From the IMG/VR virus record IMGVR_UViG_2724678986_000028: DNA of 29,913 nt, one strand, 5' to 3'. Shown piece by piece: positions 7,899 through 16,827 of this stretch. The number at the start of each line of letters is the position of its first letter. The first letter of the stretch is position 1. Both the position numbers and the translations under genes were made by a program. This stretch comes from a virus (Duplodnaviria; Heunggongvirae; Uroviricota; Caudoviricetes). The notes beneath the pieces are model-generated. The model was not told the DNA's origin. It searched no databases and saw nothing but the letters and a program-made list of their open reading frames with translations.

Positions 7899-8858
7899 AT
7901 GAAAATTTGTATCGACGACGGCTCCACCAACATCAAGCTGGCGTGGACTGAGAACGGCGAACGCCGCAACGCCATCAGCCCGAACAGCTTCAAGTCGGAA
8001 TGGTCTGCGCCGTTCGGTGGCACGCAGCCCGCGAACTACATGCTTGATGGCGTGCGCTATGGTTTTGATCCGGTCAGCGATCGCTTTGTCCAGACGACCG
8101 ACACGCAATACCAGTACAGCGATGTGAATATAATTGCCATTCATCACGCGCTGGTCAAATCAGGCATCACACCACAGGAAGTGGATGTGGTTGTCACCCT
8201 GCCACTGAGCGAGTATTTCGATACAAACGCACAGCCGGACATGGCCAACATCAACCGCAAAAAAGCGAACGTCATGCGCCCGGTGGAGTACCAGAACGGC
8301 GAAGCATTCACTATCCGTAACGTACGGGTTATGCCTGAATCCATTCCGGCTGGCTTTAAGGCACTGGCTGACATGAGTCCGTTTGAATCCCTGCTGATTG
8401 TGGATTTGGGCGGAACCACTCTGGATGTGGCAAAGGTTCAGGGGCAACTGGCAGGTATCAGCCAGGTGTTTTGCGATCCACACGTGGGCGTTTCTCTGAT
8501 GGCCGATGCCGTACTGTCGGTGATGGCCACTAACGGTATGCGCACCAGTCACCACATCGCCAATACCATTATCGAACATCGCCATGATGAAGCCTGGCTG
8601 CGCCAGCACATCCACAATGACGCGCATTACGCCAGCCTGATGGCGGTTATTCGTGAAAAGGAAGAAACACTGAAACAACGCGTGATCCGCGCGCTGGCGG
8701 GTTTTTCGGGTTACGGGCGGGTGATGGTTGTCGGTGGAGGGGCGGAGATTGTGGCACCCGCTATCCGCGAAGCCTGCGGAGTTAATGCGACTTTCATCGC
8801 GGACGGGGTGCCACAGTTTGCTCTGGTTAATGGGCTGTACGCAATGGACAAGGAGTAA
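7899..8858 (+). CDS. parM: ParM/StbA-like actin-fold partition ATPase
   Basis: 319 aa. Actin-fold motifs IDDGSTNIKL (phosphate 1), IVDLGGTTLDV (phosphate 2) and VVGGGAE (adenosine). Collinear over its full length with plasmid R1 ParM as recalled. RBS AAGGA upstream. Confidence 0.85.
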   Translation: MKICIDDGSTNIKLAWTENGERRNAISPNSFKSEWSAPFGGTQPANYMLDGVRYGFDPVSDRFVQTTDTQYQYSDVNIIAIHHALVKSGITPQEVDVVVTLPLSEYFDTNAQPDMANINRKKANVMRPVEYQNGEAFTIRNVRVMPESIPAGFKALADMSPFESLLIVDLGGTTLDVAKVQGQLAGISQVFCDPHVGVSLMADAVLSVMATNGMRTSHHIANTIIEHRHDEAWLRQHIHNDAHYASLMAVIREKEETLKQRVIRALAGFSGYGRVMVVGGGAEIVAPAIREACGVNATFIADGVPQFALVNGLYAMDKE

Positions 8859-8862
8859 ACCA

Positions 8863-9174
8863 ATGACGACTCCAACCAGACGGATAAGTTTCTATCTGAA
8901 GCCCACCGCCGTCAAGAACGAAGGAGAAGCATGCGCCTGGCTGGACAGCCTTACACCAGAAGCCCGCAAAAGCGGCCAACGCGTGGCTTTTCTGGCCGGG
9001 CTGGCACTTCTGAAAATGAATCCGGCAGAGGCTTATCGACTGGCTGCATGGGCTGGTGATGAAGCGTTATCAGTGACACAAACCAGGACAGAACGCCCCG
9101 CATCACAGCCAGTATCAACCGCACAGATAACCAGTCAGATGGCCGGAAATATCCGGGCGTTATTTCCTGAATAA
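8863..9174 (+). CDS. parR: ParR/StbB-like centromere-binding adaptor
   Basis: 103 aa from ATG 8863, with AAGGAG 7 nt upstream (the track ORF from 8728 is over-extended). N-terminal RRISFYLKP...RVAFLAGLALL resembles the ParR RHH region; C-terminal NIRALFPE resembles the R1 ParR tail as recalled. Confidence 0.6.
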   Translation: MTTPTRRISFYLKPTAVKNEGEACAWLDSLTPEARKSGQRVAFLAGLALLKMNPAEAYRLAAWAGDEALSVTQTRTERPASQPVSTAQITSQMAGNIRALFPE

Positions 9175-9182
9175 CACAACAT

Positions 9183-9200
9183 CAGGGCGAGTTCGCCCTG
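9183..9200. repeat. Stem-loop CAGGGCGA-gt-TCGCCCTG
   Basis: Perfect 8-nt inverted arms, 9 nt after the parR stop; no T tract follows. Confidence 0.5.
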
Positions 9201-9237
9201 CTCTCCACCTCAGAACATAAACAAGGAGAACGACTTA

Positions 9238-9828
9238 ATGAGCGAAATCAACTATCAGGCATTACGTGAACGTTATTCACCTGTGCCAGTACCGAAATGC
9301 CCTATTTGCGGCGAGGAAATGTCAATTCAGCGAATATCTGGAGCACAGGTTGTTTATGCCTGCTCCGGTTATGGTGATGATGGAGATTTCAAAATTGGCC
9401 GAACTCTTGCCGACGAACATTATGAAAAATCACGCGTAACAGTGTTGGATGTCGGGGATCCTGAAGTATTGGCGCTACTTGATTGGCTGGAAACCAAAGA
9501 CAACCGAATCGCTGAACTGGAAAAAATCGCCACTGACTATGCACTTAAATTCCAGAAAGCACAGGACGCATTAAAGTATGCCGCTTTGCTGCATAGCAGG
9601 ACGGCGCAACAAACAAATAATTTTGCAGTATCGCTTCCGGACATAAGCGAATATTTCATTAATGACGTATTTCAGCCCTTGCGATACGAGCGGGATGTTG
9701 AAAGAGCCATCATAAAGGCTGGCGGAAAAGCATTGTGGCAGGAGAAACACGAGGACAGAACGCATCAGTCCTGCGATGTAAATCGTGGATGGTTTAGCCC
9801 ACTGACGACAGATAAAAATAACACCTGA
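9238..9828 (+). CDS. Hypothetical protein, Cys-containing N-terminus and central coiled-coil-like segment
   Basis: 196 aa; AAGGAG 9 nt upstream; N-terminal CPICGEEM...YACSGYG. The 3' half is AT-richer. No family assigned. Confidence 0.5.
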   Translation: MSEINYQALRERYSPVPVPKCPICGEEMSIQRISGAQVVYACSGYGDDGDFKIGRTLADEHYEKSRVTVLDVGDPEVLALLDWLETKDNRIAELEKIATDYALKFQKAQDALKYAALLHSRTAQQTNNFAVSLPDISEYFINDVFQPLRYERDVERAIIKAGGKALWQEKHEDRTHQSCDVNRGWFSPLTTDKNNT

Positions 9829-9840
9829 TCCCCCTCAAAC

Positions 9841-9866
9841 CAGGGCGATAATCGCGCATCGCCCTG
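9841..9866. repeat. Stem-loop CAGGGCGA-N10-TCGCCCTG, same arms as 9183-9200
   Basis: Identical 8-nt arms to the element upstream of the 196-aa gene; sits 12 nt after its stop. Confidence 0.5.
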
Positions 9867-9867
9867 C

Positions 9868-9901
9868 TGCACAATAGTGCACAAGTTTGCACAATTTTTT
9901 T
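9868..9901. repeat. Three TGCACAA iterons at exact 10-bp phasing followed by a T7 tract
   Basis: TGCACAA at 9868, 9878 and 9888, then TTTTTTT at 9895-9901; lies in the noncoding region upstream of the portal end. Confidence 0.5.
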
Positions 9902-10268
9902 GAACGACTTTTTACCCTTCCGGCCCGCATGGCGGCTGGATCCGTCAAGGATCCGTGCGTGCACAAAAAAACGCGCTTTTTCTGCGCGCAGGTGACGGGG
10001 GAACAGCCCGCGTTTCAGGGGGTAAATAGCATCCCCTGAACGATGTCGCAGCGACACAACAGAATGGCTGTATTTCTCACGCTGAGCGTGAAGAATACGT
10101 GAGGGATTCTGATTTGATGGGGTGAAAGGTAAGGCCGTCAAAATCGCACTGAGGCGGCGAGAACATGCAGTCAACGCGGTGGGATTGCGTAAGAGTCTGA
10201 CCGTCGATGGTGGCGATAAACTGGAAGGCGTCGTGAAATTATCTGACTGATACAGGAGCTGGAGAGTC

Positions 10269-10291
10269 GGGGCATAAATTTTTTATGCCCC
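10269..10291. repeat. Palindrome GGGGCATAAAtttTTTATGCCCC downstream of the portal gene stop
   Basis: Perfect 10-bp arms, 28 nt downstream of the Q stop on the minus strand. No flanking U tract, so terminator status is uncertain. Confidence 0.4.
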
Positions 10292-10318
10292 GGCGAAGCA
10301 GCAGACAAGCGAAGCGCG

Positions 10319-11365
10319 TCAGGATGTGGGCTGGGTGTCTAACAGTGCGTAAGGGTTAAAGCGGATCACCTCTTCGCCAAGCCAGTCATTGATGTGCTTC
10401 ATGGCCTCCATGACGGGCATCAGCTCGTTAATTGCGTAAACCCGCGCGGCCTTCTCCACATCACCAAACGCACTTTTTTCACCCGGCATCGCCCCCATCA
10501 GTTGCGGCGGAACGCGGTGCGCAGCCAGCACATCATCACGGGATGCCGCCTTAACATTCATGAACTCATCCTTTGCGGTGATCTGCTGGAACGGCAAAAT
10601 TTGCACCCCCTCTTTGCCCCCGTTGGGCGCATGAATGAGCACGTTTTTAAACGCACCACCACCACGCGCACCCTGTAGCGTTTCTTTCAGGGAGTCCATG
10701 CTTTCGCGGTTTACCTGCGCTGCACCGATGTAGATGATGCACCCGGCGTGGGATCCGTTGTCGTAATACAGTTTTCTGAACATGTCCGCCGAATGAGACA
10801 GGCTGGCCGAGAGTAATGCGCCGAGATATTCCGGCATGCCGTAGATTTCCTGGTTAATGTCCGGATTCATCAGGTGGCACACTTTGCCTGGGCGAAACTG
10901 AAACGCATCCTTGCCATCCTGCACATACCACCATGATTCAAGATCGCTTCCGCGTCGCATGTATTTCGCCAGGGCGTGCCGTAATTTAAGCGGTTCGCCG
11001 AGCATATTGCTTCGAAGCTCAAGGAATGCGTTACCGAACACAAACCAGTCCAGCGCCAGCGCCGAGAAATCCTGCCGGGAAAGCAGCGGGTGCGGGATGT
11101 AGCAACCGAGCAATACATTGCGCTTAAAGTAAAGCGCAGACTGATGCCAGGACGTTTGCCGGGCGGCTCTTGCCAGACCGTACCAGTCCACCGGGGTTTC
11201 ATACCACCGCCCGTTATCAGCACAGTACATATTGTCCAGCAGGTCATGCCCGGTCAGGCGATAAGGACCATCAAATGTGAATGCACTGAGCGATGATTCT
11301 TTCCTGAGCGCATCAGCGAGATCAATGCGTGAACTCATGCGCACTTTTTTATTTTTTCTGCTCAT
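10319..11365 (-). CDS. Q: Portal protein, P2 gpQ family
   Basis: 348 aa; position (after cos, before terminase), size and 1-nt stop/start overlap with gpP match the P2 Q-P arrangement. Confidence 0.85.
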   Translation of the reverse strand: MSRKNKKVRMSSRIDLADALRKESSLSAFTFDGPYRLTGHDLLDNMYCADNGRWYETPVDWYGLARAARQTSWHQSALYFKRNVLLGCYIPHPLLSRQDFSALALDWFVFGNAFLELRSNMLGEPLKLRHALAKYMRRGSDLESWWYVQDGKDAFQFRPGKVCHLMNPDINQEIYGMPEYLGALLSASLSHSADMFRKLYYDNGSHAGCIIYIGAAQVNRESMDSLKETLQGARGGGAFKNVLIHAPNGGKEGVQILPFQQITAKDEFMNVKAASRDDVLAAHRVPPQLMGAMPGEKSAFGDVEKAARVYAINELMPVMEAMKHINDWLGEEVIRFNPYALLDTQPTS

Positions 11366-13116
11366 CAGAACTCCATAACCGTGAAACGCTCGTTTTCTCC
11401 TTCGCCGCCAATCGGTTCGTTAATGACAGCAAGCATGGTTGCCCACGCAAGGTCGCCGTGGCTGATCCCCCTCGCGCGGTCCGTTTCGTAAGTGATAAAG
11501 CCGCCCGGTGTTTTCACCTTACGCACGGCGTTAAAGGCCGCGACCAGCTCGCGTTCGGCGCGATCGTATTCCCACCGCCCGGCACGCATTATTTGCAGCA
11601 TTTTCAGTACCAGCGACCGTTTTGATGACAGCGTGAAGGTGTACGGAATAGCAGCAGGGAAAAACCGTTTCACTATCTGATAAACAGCCTCCCCGTTCCC
11701 GCCCGTCACATCAATGCCGATGTGTTCCACGTTGTAGCGATACGTGAACTCTTCAATGACTCTGGCCTGTTCTTCAAACTCCAGCCCCTGAACGCGTCGC
11801 GTCTCCACCGTTCGAAAACGGCCACCAGGAACAGCCGGAGGAACCACCACGGACACAGCGCCGCTGTCGCCGTTGCCACTACTGCCGTTTGCGTCATACC
11901 CAATCCATACCGGACGATTCCCCATCGGGCGGGGAGCAAAAGGTTTCCAGTCTTTCCAGTCGTCGTATCCGTCAACACCGCAGCCAATCAGGATATTCAG
12001 GTTAAATGCCGATTCCCCTTCGCGGACAAACTCACACATATAGAGATTGAGGAACTCGTCTTCGGTGTTTTCATCACGAATTTCGTCGATATCGGTGTGT
12101 TTCCAGCCGTGATTGACCACATCTTCCAGCGTGACAATTTGCCGCCACGTCCGGTCAGGGCAGATAAGCCCGTTATGCAGCGTTTTCCAGTCCACAGAAA
12201 AACGCTGGCGTTTATGCGTGGCCTTTTTCTCGTTCCAGCGGTCGCCGTTCCAGTAGGCGTATGCCTCGTGCGTTTCGGTGGATGGCGTGGAGAAGTAGGT
12301 GCGCCGCAGTCCGCTGAGGGTTGCCATAGCGCCAGCCACCTTGCGCAGTTCAGCAAAGCGACTGACCCAGAAAAATTCATCAAAATAAAAATTGCCCGTA
12401 TAGGACTGTGCCGACGCAGCAGAAGTGCCGAGAAAATGCAGCTCTGCGCCGTTGGAGAGGATGATTTTATCGCCCCCTTTCAGCTCCACATCAACTTCAG
12501 CCGCGGCCTTCTGAATAATGCTTTTAAACTGGAACGCCTGACGACGCGACGCAGACAAAAAAATCTGGTTACGCTGGTAAGGTTGCGCCACATCGTCACG
12601 CAGCGCCATCAGCAGAGCTTCCTGTGCAAAATACCAGGTCGCCCCAATCTGTCGGGATTTCAGGATCATCCTGTTACGTATCCCGGCTTCCCTGCAAAGG
12701 GTCAGGGAGTCAAACCAGCCCCGCTGATGCCACTCCAGCCTGCTGATGATTTTTTCCCGCAGTGCGGCAATCTGTTCCGGCGTGAAATGATTTTTGAGTT
12801 TTTTCGCCCGGCCTTTCTTTCCTGTGACCGTCGCATCCGGCTGGCCATCATGCAGTTTTTTAAGCTGCCGGGTCAGCAGGTCTATTTCCTTAAAGTCACC
12901 GCCTGTTTTATTCTGTTTTTCAGTAAGCTGGATGAGGCGCGCATCGATGGACTGCGTGACACGCTGCACGGGTGGCGTTTCATCCCACTGGTCGCGTTTT
13001 TTCCACGCATAAATCGTGTTCGGGTTTATTCCCATCAGACGTGATATTTCTGCGGGCGGATAACCCTGCCAGTAAAGTTGCCGCGCACGCTGGCGCACAA
13101 AAGCGTCCTGAATCAT
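11365..13116 (-). CDS. P: Terminase ATPase (large) subunit, P2 gpP family
   Basis: 583 aa, divergent from the O-N-M-L capsid operon as in P2. Confidence 0.85.
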   Translation of the reverse strand: MIQDAFVRQRARQLYWQGYPPAEISRLMGINPNTIYAWKKRDQWDETPPVQRVTQSIDARLIQLTEKQNKTGGDFKEIDLLTRQLKKLHDGQPDATVTGKKGRAKKLKNHFTPEQIAALREKIISRLEWHQRGWFDSLTLCREAGIRNRMILKSRQIGATWYFAQEALLMALRDDVAQPYQRNQIFLSASRRQAFQFKSIIQKAAAEVDVELKGGDKIILSNGAELHFLGTSAASAQSYTGNFYFDEFFWVSRFAELRKVAGAMATLSGLRRTYFSTPSTETHEAYAYWNGDRWNEKKATHKRQRFSVDWKTLHNGLICPDRTWRQIVTLEDVVNHGWKHTDIDEIRDENTEDEFLNLYMCEFVREGESAFNLNILIGCGVDGYDDWKDWKPFAPRPMGNRPVWIGYDANGSSGNGDSGAVSVVVPPAVPGGRFRTVETRRVQGLEFEEQARVIEEFTYRYNVEHIGIDVTGGNGEAVYQIVKRFFPAAIPYTFTLSSKRSLVLKMLQIMRAGRWEYDRAERELVAAFNAVRKVKTPGGFITYETDRARGISHGDLAWATMLAVINEPIGGEGENERFTVMEF

Positions 13117-13270
13117 TGCTCCCCCTGAGTAATTACAGGAAGATTACCCGCGCGCGAAACTGTTCTCCTTAACCCCCTGTTCTGGCCGTTTTCTTACAAC
13201 AAAATCCCTTTGTATCAGCCTGTTACGCTTTGCCATCATGACTGAAGAACCAGTCAGAGGGGCAAAAACT

Positions 13271-14107
13271 ATGGCTAATGAAAAAAAGACATCCCGCAAA
13301 AAGTTTCGCGTGGCTGTCTCCGGATCAACTGTTGATGGCCGTGAAATCAGTCCGGTGCATCTGCGTGAAGCCGCCGAGAACTTCAACCCGGATGTTTACG
13401 CTGCCCGCGTGAACGTTGAGCACTATCTCTCGCCATGCCCGTCAAGCGAATTTTCCGCAATGGGCGATGTCACCGCGCTGAGTACGGAAGATATTACGGA
13501 AGGCCCGCTGGCCGGACGTACTGCGCTGTATGCAGAAATCGAACCGACCGAGCGCATGAAGCAGCTTGTCGCTGACGGCAAGAAAATCTATTCCAGTATC
13601 GAACTGCACCCGCAGTTCTCCGTTAACGGGCGTGCCTATCTGGTCGGGCTGGCGATGACCGACACCCCGGCAAGCCTGGGCACTGAGCGCCTGAAATTCA
13701 CGGCACAGCAGCGTCAGGCGGTGATGACGTTCAACAGTATCCAGGGTGAAGCACCGCTTATCTCCGAAGCCATCGAGTCTGAAATCATCGAAATGGCAGA
13801 ACAACGCCAGGAAGAAGGCACCCAGTGGTTTAACCGCGTAATGGGGATTATTGGTCGTGGCCGCAAAGCGGATGACGCCAGTTTCTCCCGTATTCAGGAA
13901 GCGGTGGAAGGCGTTGCAACATCACAGGCCGACATTATCGACCGTTTTAATGTGCTGGAAACCCGCCATCAGCAGGACCGCCAGAAAATCACGTCACTGA
14001 CCACAGAGCTGACAGCACTGAAGGAAAAACTGCGCACGCAGGACGGCGATCCGCAGAACCGCTTCACCGCAACGGGCGCAGCCTCCGACCAGCTGGCTGA
14101 CTTCTGA
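13271..14107 (+). CDS. O: Capsid scaffolding protein, P2 gpO family
   Basis: Start at ATG 13271 (MANEKKTSRKKFRVAVSG...), with GAGGGG upstream; this N-terminus matches gpO as recalled. The ATG at 13238 in the track lacks an RBS. Confidence 0.8.
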   Translation: MANEKKTSRKKFRVAVSGSTVDGREISPVHLREAAENFNPDVYAARVNVEHYLSPCPSSEFSAMGDVTALSTEDITEGPLAGRTALYAEIEPTERMKQLVADGKKIYSSIELHPQFSVNGRAYLVGLAMTDTPASLGTERLKFTAQQRQAVMTFNSIQGEAPLISEAIESEIIEMAEQRQEEGTQWFNRVMGIIGRGRKADDASFSRIQEAVEGVATSQADIIDRFNVLETRHQQDRQKITSLTTELTALKEKLRTQDGDPQNRFTATGAASDQLADF

Positions 14108-14130
14108 TAAGACAAAGGAGCAAATTTTTT

Positions 14131-15183
14131 ATGAATCTGGTGATGTCAGATATTACCCGCAACAAGCTGGGTTGCTATATGGCGCAGCAGGCGTCGCTTA
14201 ACAATATCCCGGTATCTGCACTGGTATCGCGATTTACCGTGGAACCCGCGGTGCAGCAGCGTTTTGAAAACGCCTCAAAGGAAAGTACCGAATTTACGAA
14301 AAGAATTAACGTGATCGGCGTGACCGACCAGAAAGGCGAAAAAATCCTCCTGGACACCACCGGGCCAATTGCGCGCACGAATAGCAGTTATGACGGCATC
14401 AAACGCCGTAACCCGAATAACGTGATCGATATGAAGTCTCGTCAGTACCAGTGCGAACAGGTGAACTACGATACCTTTATTTCGTACCCACAGCTTGATA
14501 CCTGGGCGGCCCACAGCGATTTTCAGTCCCGTATCAGTACACAGATCGCCCGGCAGGTAGCGCTTGATCGCATCATGATTGGCTTTAACGGCACATCCCA
14601 CGCCTACGAGTCTGATTTTCACACCAACAAGCTGCTTCAGGACGTTAACGTGGGCTGGCTGGAGCACATCAGAACCGATGCCAGCGAGCGCGTAATGAAT
14701 GACGTGACGCTGACCTCCCGCAACATGGACAACACTGTGGCGCACGCGGGTAAGTATGCGAATGCCGATGCTCTGGTACAGGATGCGCGCTCATCCCTGC
14801 TGGATGAATGGCACAAGGAAGCTGACGACCTCGTGGTGATTATGGGGCGCAACCTGTTTAACTCGCTGCGTCTGCCCGTGCTGAACAGCATCAGCGGCCA
14901 GAATCCCAATGCGGAATTACTTGCCGGGCAGCTCATCCTGTCATCGCGCACCATTGGCGGGCTGGGCGTGTTCCTTGCGCCGTTCTTCCCGGATGCAACG
15001 ATGCTTATCACCTCGTTCAACAACCTGTCGATTTACTGGCAGAAAGGTTCAATGCGTCGTCTGATGAAAGACGAGCCGGAATACAACCGCATCGCCACCT
15101 ACCAGTCCATCAATGACGCTTATGTCGTTGAAGACTATGGCAAGTGCGCGATGGTCACTGGCCTGAAGTTCGCCGACAGCTAA
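14131..15183 (+). CDS. N: Major capsid protein, P2 gpN family
   Basis: 350 aa; AAGGAG upstream; blocks FTVEP..., INV..V.D.KGEKI and IGFNG... match gpN as recalled. Confidence 0.85.
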   Translation: MNLVMSDITRNKLGCYMAQQASLNNIPVSALVSRFTVEPAVQQRFENASKESTEFTKRINVIGVTDQKGEKILLDTTGPIARTNSSYDGIKRRNPNNVIDMKSRQYQCEQVNYDTFISYPQLDTWAAHSDFQSRISTQIARQVALDRIMIGFNGTSHAYESDFHTNKLLQDVNVGWLEHIRTDASERVMNDVTLTSRNMDNTVAHAGKYANADALVQDARSSLLDEWHKEADDLVVIMGRNLFNSLRLPVLNSISGQNPNAELLAGQLILSSRTIGGLGVFLAPFFPDATMLITSFNNLSIYWQKGSMRRLMKDEPEYNRIATYQSINDAYVVEDYGKCAMVTGLKFADS

Positions 15184-15228
15184 TCAACTCACGGCGGGCA
15201 TCATGCCCGCCTGTAACGGAGAGAAAAA

Positions 15229-16029
15229 ATGATTACTCCTGCACAACAACACTGGCAGAACGTGATGGCACAGCGCGCAGGCCGGGCGAATGAAGGTGTG
15301 GACCACGCCGCGTGTACCGCGCATGAAGAAGTGCTGTATCGTCTGCGTCTGGCACAGGCCAGGCTAAAGGCCATACAGGCCAGAAGCGCGAAAGCCGCCA
15401 TCAAAAAAGAGTTGTTGCCGGACTTTTCCGGCTGGATTGAGGGAACGCTGGAGGCTGACGGCGGGCAACAGGACGAAGTAATTGCCACGCTGATGGTGTG
15501 GGCGATTGACTGCGGCGATCTTCCGCTGGCGCTGCGTATTGGTGCATATGTGGTCCGTCACAACCTCATCATGCCGGATAACTTTGGCCGTACTGCTGCC
15601 ACGGTACTGACCGAAGAAATCTGCAACCCGGTACTGACGCAGGCTGGGACGGATGCCGACGCGGATTTATCCGCCTTTATCGAACCACTGGACACACTTT
15701 GGGAAATTGTCGCCAACCAGGACATTCCGGACGAAGTGCGCGCCAAATTATGCAAGGCGTGTGCCTTTGCCCGTCGTGGCCTGACCGATGCAGACAACAT
15801 GGCCTCATCACTGAAGCTGCTGCGCGAAGCGATGCACCTGAACCCGAACGCAGGTGTGAAACGCGAGATTGCAACCCTTTCCCGCGCCCTGAAAAAAGCC
15901 GATTCCGCAGCCGAACCAGAAGACGCCAGCGCACAGCAGGCGCAGGACGAAAGCAGCAAAAATAAAAAGACAACGCGGAAGCCTGCAACACGAAAAACCA
16001 CCGCGACGCAGAAGGCAAAGCGCGGTTAA
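15229..16029 (+). CDS. M: Terminase endonuclease (small) subunit, P2 gpM family
   Basis: 266 aa; N-terminus MITPAQQHW and ELLPDFSGW resemble gpM; basic C-terminal tail; GGAGAG RBS. Confidence 0.8.
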   Translation: MITPAQQHWQNVMAQRAGRANEGVDHAACTAHEEVLYRLRLAQARLKAIQARSAKAAIKKELLPDFSGWIEGTLEADGGQQDEVIATLMVWAIDCGDLPLALRIGAYVVRHNLIMPDNFGRTAATVLTEEICNPVLTQAGTDADADLSAFIEPLDTLWEIVANQDIPDEVRAKLCKACAFARRGLTDADNMASSLKLLREAMHLNPNAGVKREIATLSRALKKADSAAEPEDASAQQAQDESSKNKKTTRKPATRKTTATQKAKRG

Positions 16030-16130
16030 CGACTGACCCCGTCAGCGGGCGGCGTGCGCGGTGTTCCGGTTTGACTCCGTGACCGTTTACACCGCGCACC
16101 CACCGCCCGATTTTTTCAGGAGTGAACCCC

Positions 16131-16625
16131 ATGAGTATGGTTGCCAGAACTAACCCCGGCCCCGCAGAGGACGACATCACCGATACCGATGATGGCGACA
16201 CTCGCATTTCAGCGGGTGCATTCTGGCCGGATATTGTGCTGCGTGAGCTGCGTCTGGCGGTACGACTGCCGGGCCGCGTGACCACCTCCCGCCTGCTGCA
16301 TACCGCCACCGGGGCCATAGCACACGTTACCCGCGAGCTGGAAGCATGGCAGCAGGAACAACAGGCGGCTGGCTATCAGACGCTGGCCGATGTTCCGGCC
16401 CCTGTAATTAACGGAGAAAGCGTCAATCTCTGGCACTGGCGCAATGCTGTTTATACCGCCACACGCGCCCTGATTCTGGAGCGTTACCGCGATGCGGACA
16501 CAACGGACAAGGGCGACCGCCGGGCGGACGCACTGGATATACAGACATCGGATTTGTGGCGCGATGTGAGCTGGGCCATCTCTGACATTCTGGGACGACC
16601 GCGAATGTTTGCGGAGCTGTGCTGA
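16131..16625 (+). CDS. L: Head completion/stabilisation protein, P2 gpL family
   Basis: Start chosen at ATG 16131 (AGGAG 7 nt upstream); the track GTG at 16122 overlaps the RBS. LADVPA, ERYR and LWRD..WA blocks resemble gpL. Confidence 0.75.
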   Translation: MSMVARTNPGPAEDDITDTDDGDTRISAGAFWPDIVLRELRLAVRLPGRVTTSRLLHTATGAIAHVTRELEAWQQEQQAAGYQTLADVPAPVINGESVNLWHWRNAVYTATRALILERYRDADTTDKGDRRADALDIQTSDLWRDVSWAISDILGRPRMFAELC

Positions 16626-16825
16626 TGAAAGTGAAGGCACTGGAAGGCGACACCGTGGATTCGCTCTGTTTCCGGTACTACGGCACGACACGGGGCGTCA
16701 CCGAAAAGGTGCTGGATGCCAACCCCGGACTCTGTCAGCAGGTATTTCTGGACGCCGGGCAGGAAGTGGAGATGCCGGAGCCGGAGAAGAAGAAACGAGA
16801 AATGATTCAGTTGTGGGGGGAGTAG
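16625..16825 (+). CDS. X: Tail protein X (LysM-like), P2 gpX family
   Basis: 66 aa; ATG overlaps the L stop by 1 nt; LEGDTVDSLCFRYYG...ANPGL matches gpX as recalled. Confidence 0.7.
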   Translation: MKVKALEGDTVDSLCFRYYGTTRGVTEKVLDANPGLCQQVFLDAGQEVEMPEPEKKKREMIQLWGE

Positions 16826-16827
16826 CA

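Noticed and set aside
9238-9330. Possible Ogr/Delta-type zinc-finger late activator at the N-terminus of the 196-aa protein
   Set aside because: Only one CxxC pair plus a single further Cys; no four-Cys arrangement, and the gene is not in the expected position.
10141-10170. GAGGCGGCGAGAACATGC as the cohesive-end site
   Set aside because: Shares only short G-rich words with the recalled P2/186 cos; 9991-10009 is no better than a loose match, so no exact cos coordinate is reported as a feature.
11722-13044. 440-aa plus-strand ORF
   Set aside because: Entirely antisense to the terminase gene gpP; no independent support.
13117-13270. Ogr-type late promoter dyad (TGT-N12-ACA) in the divergent P/O intergenic region
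   Set aside because: The TGT/ACA pairs present are spaced N15 or do not pair; the late promoters probably lie here but I could not support a specific site.
15558-16318. Minus-strand ORFs of 147 and 213 aa
   Set aside because: Antisense to gpM and gpL; Ser/Arg-rich low-complexity translations.
16609-16827. N-terminal extension of the holin ORF in the track (180-aa version)
   Set aside because: The in-frame upstream portion overlaps the L and X coding regions; a GTG with a good RBS at 16828 gives a holin-sized product.
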